NCBI GenBank assembly: GCA_051362555.1
Contig: CM120640.1
Location: 68,302,788 to 68,366,787 of the forward strand
Direction of reading: 5' to 3'
Origin: Lingula anatina
Lineage: Eukaryota; Animalia; Brachiopoda
DNA: 64,000 nt
The notes beneath the pieces are model-generated. The model saw only the letters and a list, made by a program, of their open reading frames with translations, made no database searches and was not told the origin of the DNA. The position numbers and the translations under genes were made by a program. Each line of letters opens with the position of its first letter. Position 1 is the first letter of the stretch. This document shows positions 48,788-63,716 of the stretch, in pieces.

Positions 48788-51700
48788 GTATGTCAATTTC
48801 CGAGCAATTATTAATAGCCAAAATACCAAAAAGTATTATTATTTTGCATTAAGGCAATGTTTAGGCCTACCTGTGGCACGATGGCGTAGTGTTATTTATT
48901 TTCAATGGCAAAAATATAAGATGGCGTCTGAAAGCAAGAGAGTGACAAAGTGACATTTTCACCCCTTAAAATCCAATCCTTTCCAATATTGTCCTCTCAC
49001 AAGTATGGGTCATATGATCACCTCACTTTAATAACCCGTATATTCTGTCTCTGGAATTCCTTTGTCGACACAATCCCAGACTTCACAATATCATGTCGTA
49101 TTGTGCAATATTTACACGATCTTAAAGTTGACAAAACGCTAGTTTCACATTCCCAATTGTCAAACTATATAGATAGACCCTTTGGTCTCGACTTTTTTTG
49201 CAAACTAGTTTGCGATGTGTGGTTACTCTTCTGTGATTTCTGCACCGGAAAAAATATTTTCACAGTCTACATCATTGATAACTTTGGTTCGATGAACGAG
49301 TATCCTATTTCAGGGATCCATTTCCTTATACTAAATGACCCTTAAAATACTCGCCTGGATAGATGTACGTGTACTTGGATGCTGTTTGATAAACCAGTAG
49401 AAATTTATATTCTAAAACAGCGATGCTACGATAAAAATGATAGTAATATCAATATACGCGGTGCGAGCTCCTTAATGAAAATGAATTAGAAGCAGCAATG
49501 TGAAAATGAACTCGACAAACTTCGTAATTTCTCTTACAAAATGGCAAAATAGCACAAACGGTAGTTAATAGTGTAGATAATAAGGCAGTCGAACAGACTG
49601 CATTTTTACCAAAGTTTTTCAAGAAAAACTGAACAAAAGTTTTTTTCCCTTGTTTCATTTTTGAGAACAATCATAACTGTTTGATATTCGTTTTTTTTCC
49701 AGAATCAGGGTACACAGGAAATGTTACCAACATATCCTATTCCGCCTACTCAAATGGCGTCAACTGGCAGCAAATATTAAAACGACGGAATAATTTACAG
49801 GATGTCGCTGGAGATTTTAAGCCCCAGCAATCCTTTTGACAAATCTTTCTTCCCACCTGCACCCACATCAAGTCCAAGTCTTCACCTTGGCTTACTCGTC
49901 ATTGTTACCCGTGGATGTGATCAACCTGTTATGTAAAATCAATATCTTTGGCTTTTGATGCAAGGTCAAGTCAAATGTGCAACCCATAACATGAACTTAC
50001 ATGCACCTAGGGTGAGCTCTTTTAAGCTTCAAGAAAGAATATTTGATATATTGGGTTATTATATTTGATTTAAACCGGTAGGAAGTCCAGAAAAAATGAC
50101 AAAAAGGATATATGACGAACAGACTGCTTCATTAATGAAAGTGGTTATTCTATTCGCGTTTCTATTTTCTCTCACCTTTTTTTCTTTTCTTTACTAATAG
50201 GGCGATTTTTTCAGTATTCATATAAGACCATGAAAATTTACTGTCTGCAACAAATCGAGGTTTTGAATTACAAGCCCAAAGGCTTCATATATCTAACATT
50301 GGAAGATCGTTATTTTTTTCCGTTGCGTAACTGATTAGCAGATCCCCCGATAAGATCTGATGAGAACTGACAAAGTCAGTCGAAAATTTGACAAAGAAAA
50401 AAATGTAAGTAAAAATGTAAGTACTCTGTACTTGTTACTATTTGTGACATGATAAAAATACCATTCGATGATCGGGCTAAAGCATATAACACCAAATGTT
50501 AGAAGCAACAATGTGATTATCGCTAGATTTTGGACAAAGTGTCCTTTTTTCATGTCAACAATTTCTTTATTCCAGCCTACGTCATCTGCAGATATTTTAG
50601 TCACCTGACTTAAACTGTCCAATTTTTGACGATAACTCGAGATGAGTTTAAAGCAGGTACAGCTAAACCTCCGACAGCGAGCGGAATGATGAACCCGTTG
50701 TTAATAACAGGACATTCCACTTTCCTTGCCTATAATTGTCACGAATATGTTTTAACCCCCAGGTGAAAGCGCGGGGTGCAGACGAGTTCAGGTAAATTAA
50801 TTTCTTAAACTAAGAATGAAGTCTGACAAATGACCTCCCACGTAAGACAATTAAATTCATTATAACGTCTCCCCGAGCGTTTTCTTCCCCTTAACAGTAC
50901 GAGTCTGTTGTTTTTGTAAATGTGACTCCGCGTATCGGAACTATCCCTGAGGTAAATGCAAGCAGATGAAGCGGAATTTCAGTTGACAATATAGAAATTC
51001 AACAATACAGTTATTGATATAAACTGTAATGGGGATGATGCCAGCCTGGCGTGCCTATGTAGAGCGCTACAAGGTTCAGCGTGCGCCAGACAAATTTTAT
51101 CGGTCAGACTTAATTTCTACTCGCTGCAGTGTGTGCTCTCACTTATCGTGTATTATTGTTTGAAATGATAATATTTGCCAAATAACAGTTGTTTCTTTCT
51201 TTCACGTGCATACAAAACAAGCGCCACAGACCCGATTAAACAAGGTATAGTCAAGCGTTAAGTCAATTACTTTCCCCAAAACAAAAACATGTCAAAGGGA
51301 GTGGGCGACTTCTAATTTTCCAATAACGAGAATATTGCTTTCCGCCCTACTTCTCTGGCATGTGGCGAGGAAAACAGTCGTGATTTATTAATAAATTTCT
51401 CCAGTTTGGTTTTGACAATGTCAAAGCTAACAAGCTCTAAATCCAAATGATTTATATAAAAAATCAGTTAATCTCCCACGCCCTTTTAATTGTATCAGGA
51501 ATGAGCAGAAATTATTTAATGGTAAAATAAAGAATGTTTTACTATCTTGAAATGCATATCAGGGAACACAAATATGTAAATGTCAGTGTCAGTTCACCTG
51601 CTTCATTAAAAACGTAAACATTATAAAGGCTATGGTCTAAGAAGTCGTAACATGACCGACAAGAAAGACATACAGGAAGCCCCACTGAAGGAGTGGGGCT

Positions 51701-53334
51701 ATTTATACAATGACCAAACACCTACTAAAATGAGTTTTGAAATTATGTTAAAAGGTGGGAAGGAGCAATGTATGCAAGAGATTCTTACGAAAAAAATAAA
51801 GAAAACACGTGCAGAAGGCACTGTTAAGTAATAAAACTTGTATAACAGACAAGCAACACGACGAGAATTGCATATTCAAACTGTGTGCGTCATCTACTTG
51901 CACCATCTAATTTCATAATTTAATTAAATAGGAGTGTCAAAACAAAATCTTCACCCTGTTAAAATTTACATGAATGTTACCTTTTATTTCTACAGCACCT
52001 ACTTGAATAGCCCTTTAAGAATACAGTATCAAAATCAATTTTTTTTTCTTTTGAGTAGGCAAGGCATGTTCCACTTTATTAAAATGCTTATATATTCCAC
52101 AGTATACAATTTTAAACCTTTTTTATTACAGTCAAGTCTTGATATTACATGTACAATTATCTGTAAAGTAATTCATTATAAAAAACTGTATCCTTCATAT
52201 GAATTGTTTTGATAAATACTGAAGTGAAATTTATTCTAGTGTTGTATATGGAGATACCATTTGGAATCTTGCTAGTTTTCAAAACATGTTGCTCAGATGC
52301 AAGTCTAATTCCCATTTGTGAACTTTAATTAACATAATTGCTACAAATATCTTTTTTATGATGCACAAAGGGATACCTGATAAGTTACACCATAAAAATA
52401 CCACAAACTATTCTGGAATAGGCCAATAATAGCTGAAGCATAAAAATTAATGTAATTTATATATACACGAAACAGAGAAAAAAGCACAAGGGTATACTTC
52501 AAGGACCAAAGTAAAAGAATTTTAAACTCAGTTTATTGAAATTATTATTTGAGTTGCATGTTTAAAAAAACTAATCGCTTATTAGTAAAATTTCTTTTAC
52601 AATGATCAGTTAATCTGACTAATCTATCCATCAAAATCTATGATGTATTTTACTAAATAAAAAAAATACATTTAAACTTCTTGCATACAGATAACCCAAA
52701 CCATACTGCAGTAATCACAAGTATTTCCCATTATCCAGACATTTTCACTAGATCACATGACATATACTTAACTCTTAAATAAGCAGAGAAACGGAGTGTT
52801 TTTTCAATAACATTCAATTAACAGACCTTAGTAAATTGGAGCACCATTTTCCTTTTGTTAAGTGAACTGACATAAGTCAAAAATACTTTTACAACATCTG
52901 ATACCAAGGAATTGGCTATGTTTCTCTTCAGCTAAAATGTAATTCTCATCACAAGTAAAAAGTAACATTTTAGAACATGTGCTACTGTAGCCCACTAACA
53001 TGTATACAGTTTCACACTGAAGCTTGATAGTTCTCATGTAATGCATGCAACACAATGAAAAAAAATGTATAAAAGTTTACATTGTATAATTTTCTTTAAA
53101 GAGCCAGTGAAGCATTTAGTACAAAATAATTCTCTATCATGCAAGGTATATATGACTTTTTCAAAGGAATTTTTTTTACCATATGAACTTTTATTTTCGC
53201 ATTCTATGAAGTATTAAAATTACTACCAATATATCATTACATTAAAAAAAAAAACAATTATCATCATCATGTCTTGTTTGATCATTTTCAAAAGCAATAT
53301 CTGTTTGACTTTTTACAATAAGACAAAAACCATT

Positions 53335-56300
53335 TTACTGTAACAAATGTCTGTGTGCCATGATTTCAGCAGTAGAGAGTGGTCTGGAATCCTGATTAAG
53401 TCTCCTAATTGGTGGGTTATTTCCTGTGGCTGGCTGCCTACTCCTCCTAGCTACCGCCATCACAGCTTTCCTTTCTTTACTGGCTTCAGCAGTGGTCTGG
53501 GCCTGGCGCAGTTTGATCTCAAAGTCGCTCATCCCTGACCCTGGCTTTGTCGGTGAACTCACTGGGGCCGAGGTGCTTGGGCAATTCTCTGGGTTTTCTA
53601 TGTCTGGTACTACTTGCAAAGGACCTGTTAGCATTGTCATAGACTTCCTAGAAAAAAAATAAAATAAAGGTGAGTTCATGCAACTTGGAAGAATTTTTCT
53701 GTCTCGTACAAACTGTATAAAAGCAATGTTCAAAATACTGCCTTGCCTCTTGTTACAGATATAATACAGACTTCTGTTACCATGTGTTTATGATAGCACT
53801 AAGAGATTCCAGAACTTGTCCAGCTGTCAGTCGAACTTTAGGGTCTAGCACCAGCAAACGTTTTATCAACATCACAGCACTGTCTGAGACACGCCCATCA
53901 CTGAAAATGAATCAAAATTGTCTACTTACATTTGTGACTATAAATTTATGTTTTCTGAGGCTTTAAATGAGCATGAAAAGCGATTCAATAAATTCCATGT
54001 GAAATATCAACTTTTCAAATGAGGTATTTTTATTGTCAAAAAAAAAACTTAGTTTACCAGATTAAAACTGCTCGCTTACTTTGGAATTGTAAAATCTGCA
54101 GCCTTTATTTTTCTAAACAATTCTTGTGGCACTTGGTCATAGAATGGGAACTGTCCATACAGCATAGTAAACAACACAACACCCAAAGCCCATAGGTCAC
54201 TGGGTTTGCCCAAGTAAGGTTTGCCTACAAAATTGTGTTAGGTGAGACACATTAGAAGATATCTCCTCTAACACATTCTTCCATTAGTTTCTTGATTAGA
54301 ACTACACAATTCTGCCTCCTATTCTAAAAATGAATGAACATGTGGCAATGCTTTAAAAAACTAAACAAATCCACAGAGATTTAAAGCTACTTACATTGTT
54401 CTCTGGGTCTCTCTTTTAACATAACTAAAACATATATTAGTATATCAACCTTACCACTTAACACATCAGGGCTGATGTAAGCTGGACTGCCTCTTTGATC
54501 CTTGAGCAAATCATGTTCAGATATCAAATGTTTCCCCAAACAAAAGTTTGTGATTATCACTCGCCTCGTCCTTGTGTTTAGCACCATGTTTCCCAGTTTC
54601 AGATCTCTGTGAACTATGTTTTTCTAAAAAAATATTGTAGAGGGATAAACATTACAAAAATACAACATGTTTTAAATCTATTAATTCTTATCTTCACTTT
54701 TCATGCCAAAAATCAGTTAAATGTATTATTCAATGACAGGTCAACCCAAGATGTAAATGATAATATCTTTACCAACTGAAATAAATTTCATTCAAAATAT
54801 GTAAATTCCAACTTACCTTGTGCAGATTCTCAACAACTTTGACAATTTCAAAGAAAATTTCAATGGCTTCTTTTTCTGAGAGTTTCTTCTCCTTAATAAC
54901 ATAATGCTGCAGATTAATCAGGTCAATGTTTTTGTTGCTAAAGTCATGAGGCGTCAAACAATCAAGAACCAGACAAAGACGAGTGTGCTTCTTTGGTGGG
55001 TTGCCTGCATCATCTGATTCTTCATAGGCCATATCCTACATGAAAATCAATGAAGTTTACTCAATCCACAGGTGAAAAAAAGTTTGAACTTGACATTCAT
55101 ATTTTATAAATGTTGATGTCACACTTATTCCTCCTCCATGGGATATCTTATAACAAAAACATTTTTACCCTTATCGGTCCTTTATTAACTGTCACACAAT
55201 TCAAAAGGATAAATTATATGGAGCATGACATCATAATGACCTAGAGCCATTCATAGAAGATAGAAGATCCCAGGATGTTCTGATAGATCTGAATGGGCTC
55301 CTAGTCAATATAAAGGAGGTACTGTACCTTGAAGAGCCCATGGTGGTGCACCACCCCCTGTTGGTTGTGTAACAAAGACAGCAAGGAATACTCTGTATGC
55401 AGCAACATCTTCCCCTGTCTGTCATCCTGGGTCTCCTTGTCTTTGTCTGGCATGGTCAGAATCTAAACGGCATAATGCAAACAAGGGAACTTAAAGAGGA
55501 CTAAAAATTAAATGAGGCATATCCTAAGTAAAAAATGCCTTTTTATTGTGTAATATGTCCATAATCCTCAACGGTAAACCTTGTACAAATGGTGCAAATG
55601 TGTCTTAGCTTAACTAGTTGTTGGTCCTGTTGAGAATTATATCATTATAATATACTTTTAAAGAATACAGTATTTATTTTCAATGGGGAAAATAATCAAT
55701 ATTTCAAATACATTATTATGGAATGATATAAAATATAATTTTGTGTAGCGCATGTGGTGCCTTTACAGACTAGACCAGAACTACAGGGTAGCTTCCTTTC
55801 CAATTTTGTTGCAACCATTCAATAAGAAATTAGAATGTTTCAATTTTAAGAATTTATGACTTAAAAAATACACTATCTAAAAAAGATCATAATTTCCCCA
55901 TTGAATCTGAAAAGATCCAGTCAATGTTGCACCTAAGATTGCAATCACTTATCTGTAAAACTTCCATACCTTTAGAGTGTAGAAGTCATCCGTGCCATCT
56001 TTTCTAGCCAGACACTGAACAACACTCCTTACTGGGGAGCTTCCAAGTCTTGGTCCTAATAACATGTAAAATACATTCAAACTTCTTCCTTGTTATCCTT
56101 ACAACTGCTAAATTTACATATTTCCTCATATTCTACACATTATTTTTCTAGAACAGACTCTCCATGACTGCAGGTGCTTTATATTCTATTGTCAGTAAGA
56201 TGTTGGACAATAGGTCTATGCACTTTGAGTACTGTGGTGTCGGCAACTCTGAATCTTCATGTTAAAGCCCCCTTTCTATCAAATAATATCCAAAATGTAA

Positions 56301-56642
56301 TTTAATATTCTAAATATACTTTATGGCTATACATTAAGATTTCCTTAATATAGTAAAAAAAATGTGAAAAAAAAGTCAATACACTTATCTTTTACAAATT
56401 TTATTAGAAAAAAAAAGACTAAATAAATGACTATTAAAGCAAAAGCATTAAAAAATTATCTTCCTCTACAAATACTATATATATATTGTACTGCAAACAT
56501 TTATAATAGTAACTTTGCAATTTAAAAAAGTATTACCCAGAAGATATGGACCTGCCCTCTTCACAGAGGAATTGGGGGTTTGTAACCTCAGTGCTTTAGG
56601 ATTTGGAATACCCTCATCCTTCTCTTCATTGTGCCTCTTCAT
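53335..56642 (-). CDS. STK40: Serine/threonine-protein kinase 40 (Tribbles-related pseudokinase, COP1 adaptor), about 430 aa; coding exons 56642-56537, 56055-55970, 55462-55328, 55035-54817, 54623-54455, 54224-54080, 53900-53781, 53647-53335
   Basis: In-frame GT-AG splicing (1293 nt): KRAGPYLLGPRLGSSPVRSVVQCLARKDGTDDFYTLK, QGKMLLHTEYSLLSLL, HRDLKLGN, ITNFCLGKHL, DQRGSPAYISPDVLSGKPY, GPLQVVPDI; in-frame stop upstream of the ATG. Confidence 0.96.
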
Positions 56643-57510
56643 TTCATTAGTGCAGATTACGTTATTTTATTCCTCATTTTACCACATAATGGTTCCACTC
56701 CTCATTCTTTTCTATACCTCATCTCTTTATGATACCTAAAAAGAAAAATAATACCAGTTTTAGTGCTGGGATGACCTTAAACACATTGAACATAGTCCTT
56801 CTGAATATATATGCATGTCACCTCTACTGGTAAGATTAGAAAAAATCCATGCACTAGAAAACTTTTTTACATTCTTATCTGTATTTTGAATCATACACAT
56901 GCTATCAATGGGGCAATGACCACAACAAACAGAATTCTACTGGTAAATTCGACATAAATATGTTCAAAATTGTTTCCACGCGGAAACAAACTCTTGAATA
57001 ATCATGTTGGCCATGCAACTTCCACGGTATGCAGTGGAAGGTTGTTTGGTAACAAAATATTGCGATGTATTATCCCATGAATTGAATTCTGTGCTACCGG
57101 CAGCTGCTATATATACAGTGTACCACCATCAGGAGGCATGACACAAAAAGGCATTATTTAAAGAAAATGTTAATGGCCAAACGTAACTGCCAGTTAAATC
57201 TCCAGAGCTTAAGTTGTACATCCGTGTACATCACACATCTACAGTCTACATACAATTACCAATTATTCGGAATACTTCTGTTACAAGTACAGTACAGTGT
57301 ACATTGCAGTACTGTACATGTACCCCAGTACATGTACTGTACATGCATGAACATCTGAAGTTCAGGTGCCCGGTGCTCGGGATAAACAGATAAAGAATGA
57401 TATAGACAGTTATATGCTGGTTTCCATTTGTCACACCGGTTATATTACAGTAAATAGATAGTGCAAAATATCACCGCAAAACTGATTTTACAAGACTTAA
57501 TCTCTCTCAC

Positions 57511-57767
57511 CTGTAACCTTCATCTTAACACTAAGATTTGTAGTTTTCAGATACCCCGATAGGCGGACACCTAAGATAAGCCAATATAACTGTGCTTTCT
57601 ACTGCTTTCCGAGATCCTTTTAAAAATTACTATTTGAAATATCTTTCTAAATTTCCAAACAATCTTATAAAAGGGTGGTATTTGACAGGTCTCTTGATCG
57701 TGTTTTCTGAAATATGTTTCAACTCTACGACATAGAGCGCCATCTATTGACAAAAGTGCGTTTAAGC
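57511..57767. promoter_or_regulatory. Bidirectional promoter and non-coding first exon of STK40 (donor at 57510) shared with MRPL19
   Basis: Minus-strand donor AG|GTGAGA at 57511/57510; MRPL19 ATG at 57768; CpG-rich; AGCGCCATCTATTG (CTCF/YY1-like) at 57736-57749. Confidence 0.65.
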
Positions 57768-59239
57768 ATGGCTTCTCTAAAAACGTCGTGCCGAGTGTTG
57801 CAAACATCAAGACATTTACCAGGTAAAGCCTCCGCTGCAGTGCATATGTTTATGTTTACAAGGAGTTTGCATGCGTAAGATATAAAAGAATCTGATTAAT
57901 GTTATCTCCCTCTACTCTTTCTCCTGACATTTTCAAGTAGATTCGGGTTTTAAAATCTGACTGCACTACAAAGCACTGCAATTACATAGAATGAGAATAT
58001 TACAGGGGATTTAGTAAATTTAGCCTATGTACCGAAACTTGTAATTGGATAATCTGCAAGGAAAGACATCGTTTATTTTTTATGGAGGCTTTAAGCTCAA
58101 TTATTGGATTCGGTTTCACTGTTTATTGGTTCTAACTTCTAGCACATCTACATGCATTTTCATTTTTGTATTCACTGTTTGGTAAGTCTTAAATTGCTGA
58201 TGAAGCTCAGGGTCAGATCTCAGTATTTTTAATATCTTTTTATGAGCAACACTCTCTTGATCTATTTGTAAATACAAAAAAAAAAGGCCAAAGGGTTTTA
58301 TTGGCAAATGAGTTTTGAGAAGTCTGAACACTCATTATCAACTGTATGAATTGTCCTGCTCATCAACATCACAATCAGTAGCAGTTTCAAGTATGTAAAG
58401 TTTTTACTTTATTAAACTGTTAGTGGTTCCTAGTCTGACACTTACTCACCCAATAAGTACAACCAAATTCTTGTGCTTAAGACAGGAGACGAAGTGCTAG
58501 AGACAGAAGAGTTGGACCTTACTGTGTTATTTTAATTTTGCATTTCAGTGTTTAACCCACGTGCCTTCTACAGATCCTATGATAGACCACAGAAAGGCCA
58601 TGAAAAAGTTCCAAGCTGGACCATAGAAAAACATCGGGATTCTCCTCTAAATGCCACCAGGGTTGAATCAGAGAGATTGAGACATGCTGCACCTACAGAG
58701 TTCAGGTTTGAAAGACCAGTATTTTAGGAAATAATCTTTCCAAGCAAATGATTTATGCACTCCATCTGTGACTAGTTGATATGGGCAGAACAAGTAAATG
58801 TTATAATTACTTCCTGTATGAAAATATTTCCAAGGTTTTTCACAATTTTCGTTTAAGATTTAACTTGGGTACTGATAGATGACAGCTACTTCAAATTATG
58901 CCTTGTGGTACCTTCTGTACTTCAGTTGTTACAGTGGTACAGTGGCAGCAACAGAAAGAATAACAGTAACTATTTTTTTTTTCAAAGAGCTTTAATAATC
59001 TTGAGAGCCTTCTTAGTGAAGTCCATAATCCCAGATTGATAAGTTATCTAAAAAAATATATTCTCAAAGTCTTTATAAACTAGACATTGATTGTATTTGT
59101 CCAATTAAACAAATACAAACTATGTGAAATCTGTTTACAACCTAGAGTGATATCTTAACTGGTACCAGGGAATGATGCCACATTTGTCTGGAGCAGTCTT
59201 AAAACTGTGTTCTGTATCAGATAATATGGTAAACCACAT

Positions 59240-59279
<40 letters not shown>

Positions 59280-61011
59280 CTAAGGGGAGAGTCATCCATT
59301 GTCCCAGCTGATCAATTGACAGATTAATAAGACATAACAACACCTGAGTAAAACTTATCACTCCATGTCCTGATGCAGACTGATAAACTTAGTTGAAAAT
59401 TTGACAAGACAAAATGTGAATGATATAATTCGTTGTGATATGATGAAATGACAAGATGCAATAGATATTATGCAAGACCCATTTATAATGCCACAACTTT
59501 AATCAACTTTCAGGTACATCTTCCCTGAATTTTTACCACATCCAGATTGGAAAAAGAGGGATCGCGTAGCAGAAAAATTACAACGTAGGGACATGCTACG
59601 AAGAAGGCTTGTGTTAGATATTCCAGAATTTTATGTAGGTATGTAGGAAAATTTTGACACACGTACACACACATCATCATCATCATCATCTTGACAGTAC
59701 TATAAAAATAACCTTAAACCATTTTGAAGATAATTTTCATGTACATTATAGGCTCAATCTTAGGAGTAACTGTAGCAGATCAGCATGTGCCTTCCAAGCA
59801 GAGCAGATTTGTTGGGATCTGCATTCACCGAGATGGTCATGGCTTACGGGCAAACTTCACTCTGAGGAACCACATAGATGGACAAGGTACTAGTACCAAC
59901 AGAGAAAATTCTAAAGTAACATTTTGAATTAAGTTTTGCAACAGCTAAAATACACTTGGGGGGGGGGGGGCACAGTAGTTTGAGAGAACTGGCCTTTTTG
60001 GCCTAAAAAAGGCCACCCCTAGTCACAAAATATGATTTAGGTTCTGCGCCACCTGTCAAGTTGGGTCAGCTAAGGGGATAGAAATGTCCAAGTTTTGAGA
60101 AAAAGAAAACCCCACTCTCCTTTTAAATTGTTTGCTGCAGGCCTGACGGCCCTTGACTTGAATTTGAATATTTGATATGACCAGAGAAATTTATTCATTT
60201 GCAGTTTGAATGATGATTGCTGACAGTTTCACCATTTTGCTATCTTCATAAAAAAGTTAAATATAATGGAGATTTTTTCTTTCTTTCTGAAATGATTAGG
60301 TGTGGAGATCAAATATGACCTTTATAACCCCACATTGCAAAATATAGAGGTGTTGAAACTAGAGAAAAGATTAGATGAGGAACTGTTCTACTTGAGGGAT
60401 GCACCTGCGACACACAGCACTATAACTTTTGATCGTAAACCGGAAACTCTTCCACTTGGGGCCACAGTGCCAGTCAACATGAAAAAGGTAAGGTTAAACA
60501 CCTGAAAACATTCTTTGGTAGAGCTCTGAATTATCTTGGTGAAATGTGTTTTTTGTGGTCTCTCATGTTAAGTTAGTAAAAAAAAATGATCTGATGTTTA
60601 TGTATCAGCAAGTAAGAACATGGTTTGAATCTTTAAACTTACTTTTTTCATAAACATCTATTAAGGAGCATATAAATATATGTTCAAAGTTTATATAATT
60701 ATCATATGGTTATCAGTTTGAATTACTGAGTTTACCGAATGATTTTGCAGATCCCCTTGAATCCGCCACCTTGGACACAAAGATGGGAAAAGAGGGAGGA
60801 CCTTAAGGGAATAGATCTGCCAGAGCTGCCAGAAAAGCGAATGCGTAAATTAGCACAAATTGTTAAACCATGGGAAAAGTATGACCTTATGAAGGAATAC
60901 AGAAAAAATATTTCAGAGGAGGAGCAAAATGAAATATTTAAAGAAGTTGTTCAACATCACACACGTGTTGAAAAGAAACGCCATCAGGAAAGACTAAAAC
61001 GGATGACATAG
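57768..61011 (+). CDS. MRPL19: Mitochondrial large ribosomal subunit protein bL19m, about 306 aa; exons 57768-57822, 58549-58705, 59514-59638, 59752-59886, 60300-60487, 60751-61011
   Basis: In-frame GT-AG splicing (921 nt); N-terminal Arg/Ser-rich targeting peptide; motifs PEFLP, DMLRRR..LDIPEFYVGSIL, FVGICI.R.G.GLRANFTLRN, GVEIKYDLYNP, LEKRLDEELFYLRDA, PWEKYDLM. Confidence 0.95.
59242..59278. repeat. poly-G tract (37 nt), G-quadruplex capable
   Basis: Direct homopolymer run in MRPL19 intron 2. Confidence 0.85.
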
Positions 61012-61524
61012 TTGTTGGTTTAGTGTTCTGCATTAATCCAGAACTCTGAATATTTGGGCATTGTATTGATGCCCCCCCCCCTCCCCCTTCATTGTACAGT
61101 GAGACAACTTAATTGAAGTGTAGATTTTGTTTTTGATCAGTAGATGTACATATGAATAACTCTTATGAATGAAAATACACATGCCTTTATTCACATTTAC
61201 ATGTAAAAGGGAAAATGTCAAATATCTTGGATGTAAAATAAAGGCTTTAAAATCAATTTTATAATTGGTTAAAGTGAAAAAAATGTATATATTGTAAAAG
61301 AAACTTATTAATTCATTATAAACAAAGAATAGTAAACTTACAAAAGATCATGAGCCCACTATCAAAATGATCATATGCTTGCCCCTACTTGCAGAACAAA
61401 GACTGAACACTATAAACCCTATGGTTTCTTTAAAGTAATAGCAGTGGTAAAGCTTTTAGAAATATAAAATTCACTGATTCAGAAGCATATATGTAAATTT
61501 TAAGATTTACAATGTTTTATGTCC

Positions 61525-63716
<2,192 letters not shown>

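Noticed and set aside
48453-50622. ORFs of 122, 131, 73 and 95 aa between EVA1 and STK40
   Set aside because: One overlaps a MITE G/C run; the others lack motifs or splice support. An unannotated lncRNA here cannot be excluded.
57220-57355. Quasi-palindromic GTAC/TACA-rich stretch in STK40 intron 1
   Set aside because: Low-complexity simple repeat; no defined stem or element ends.
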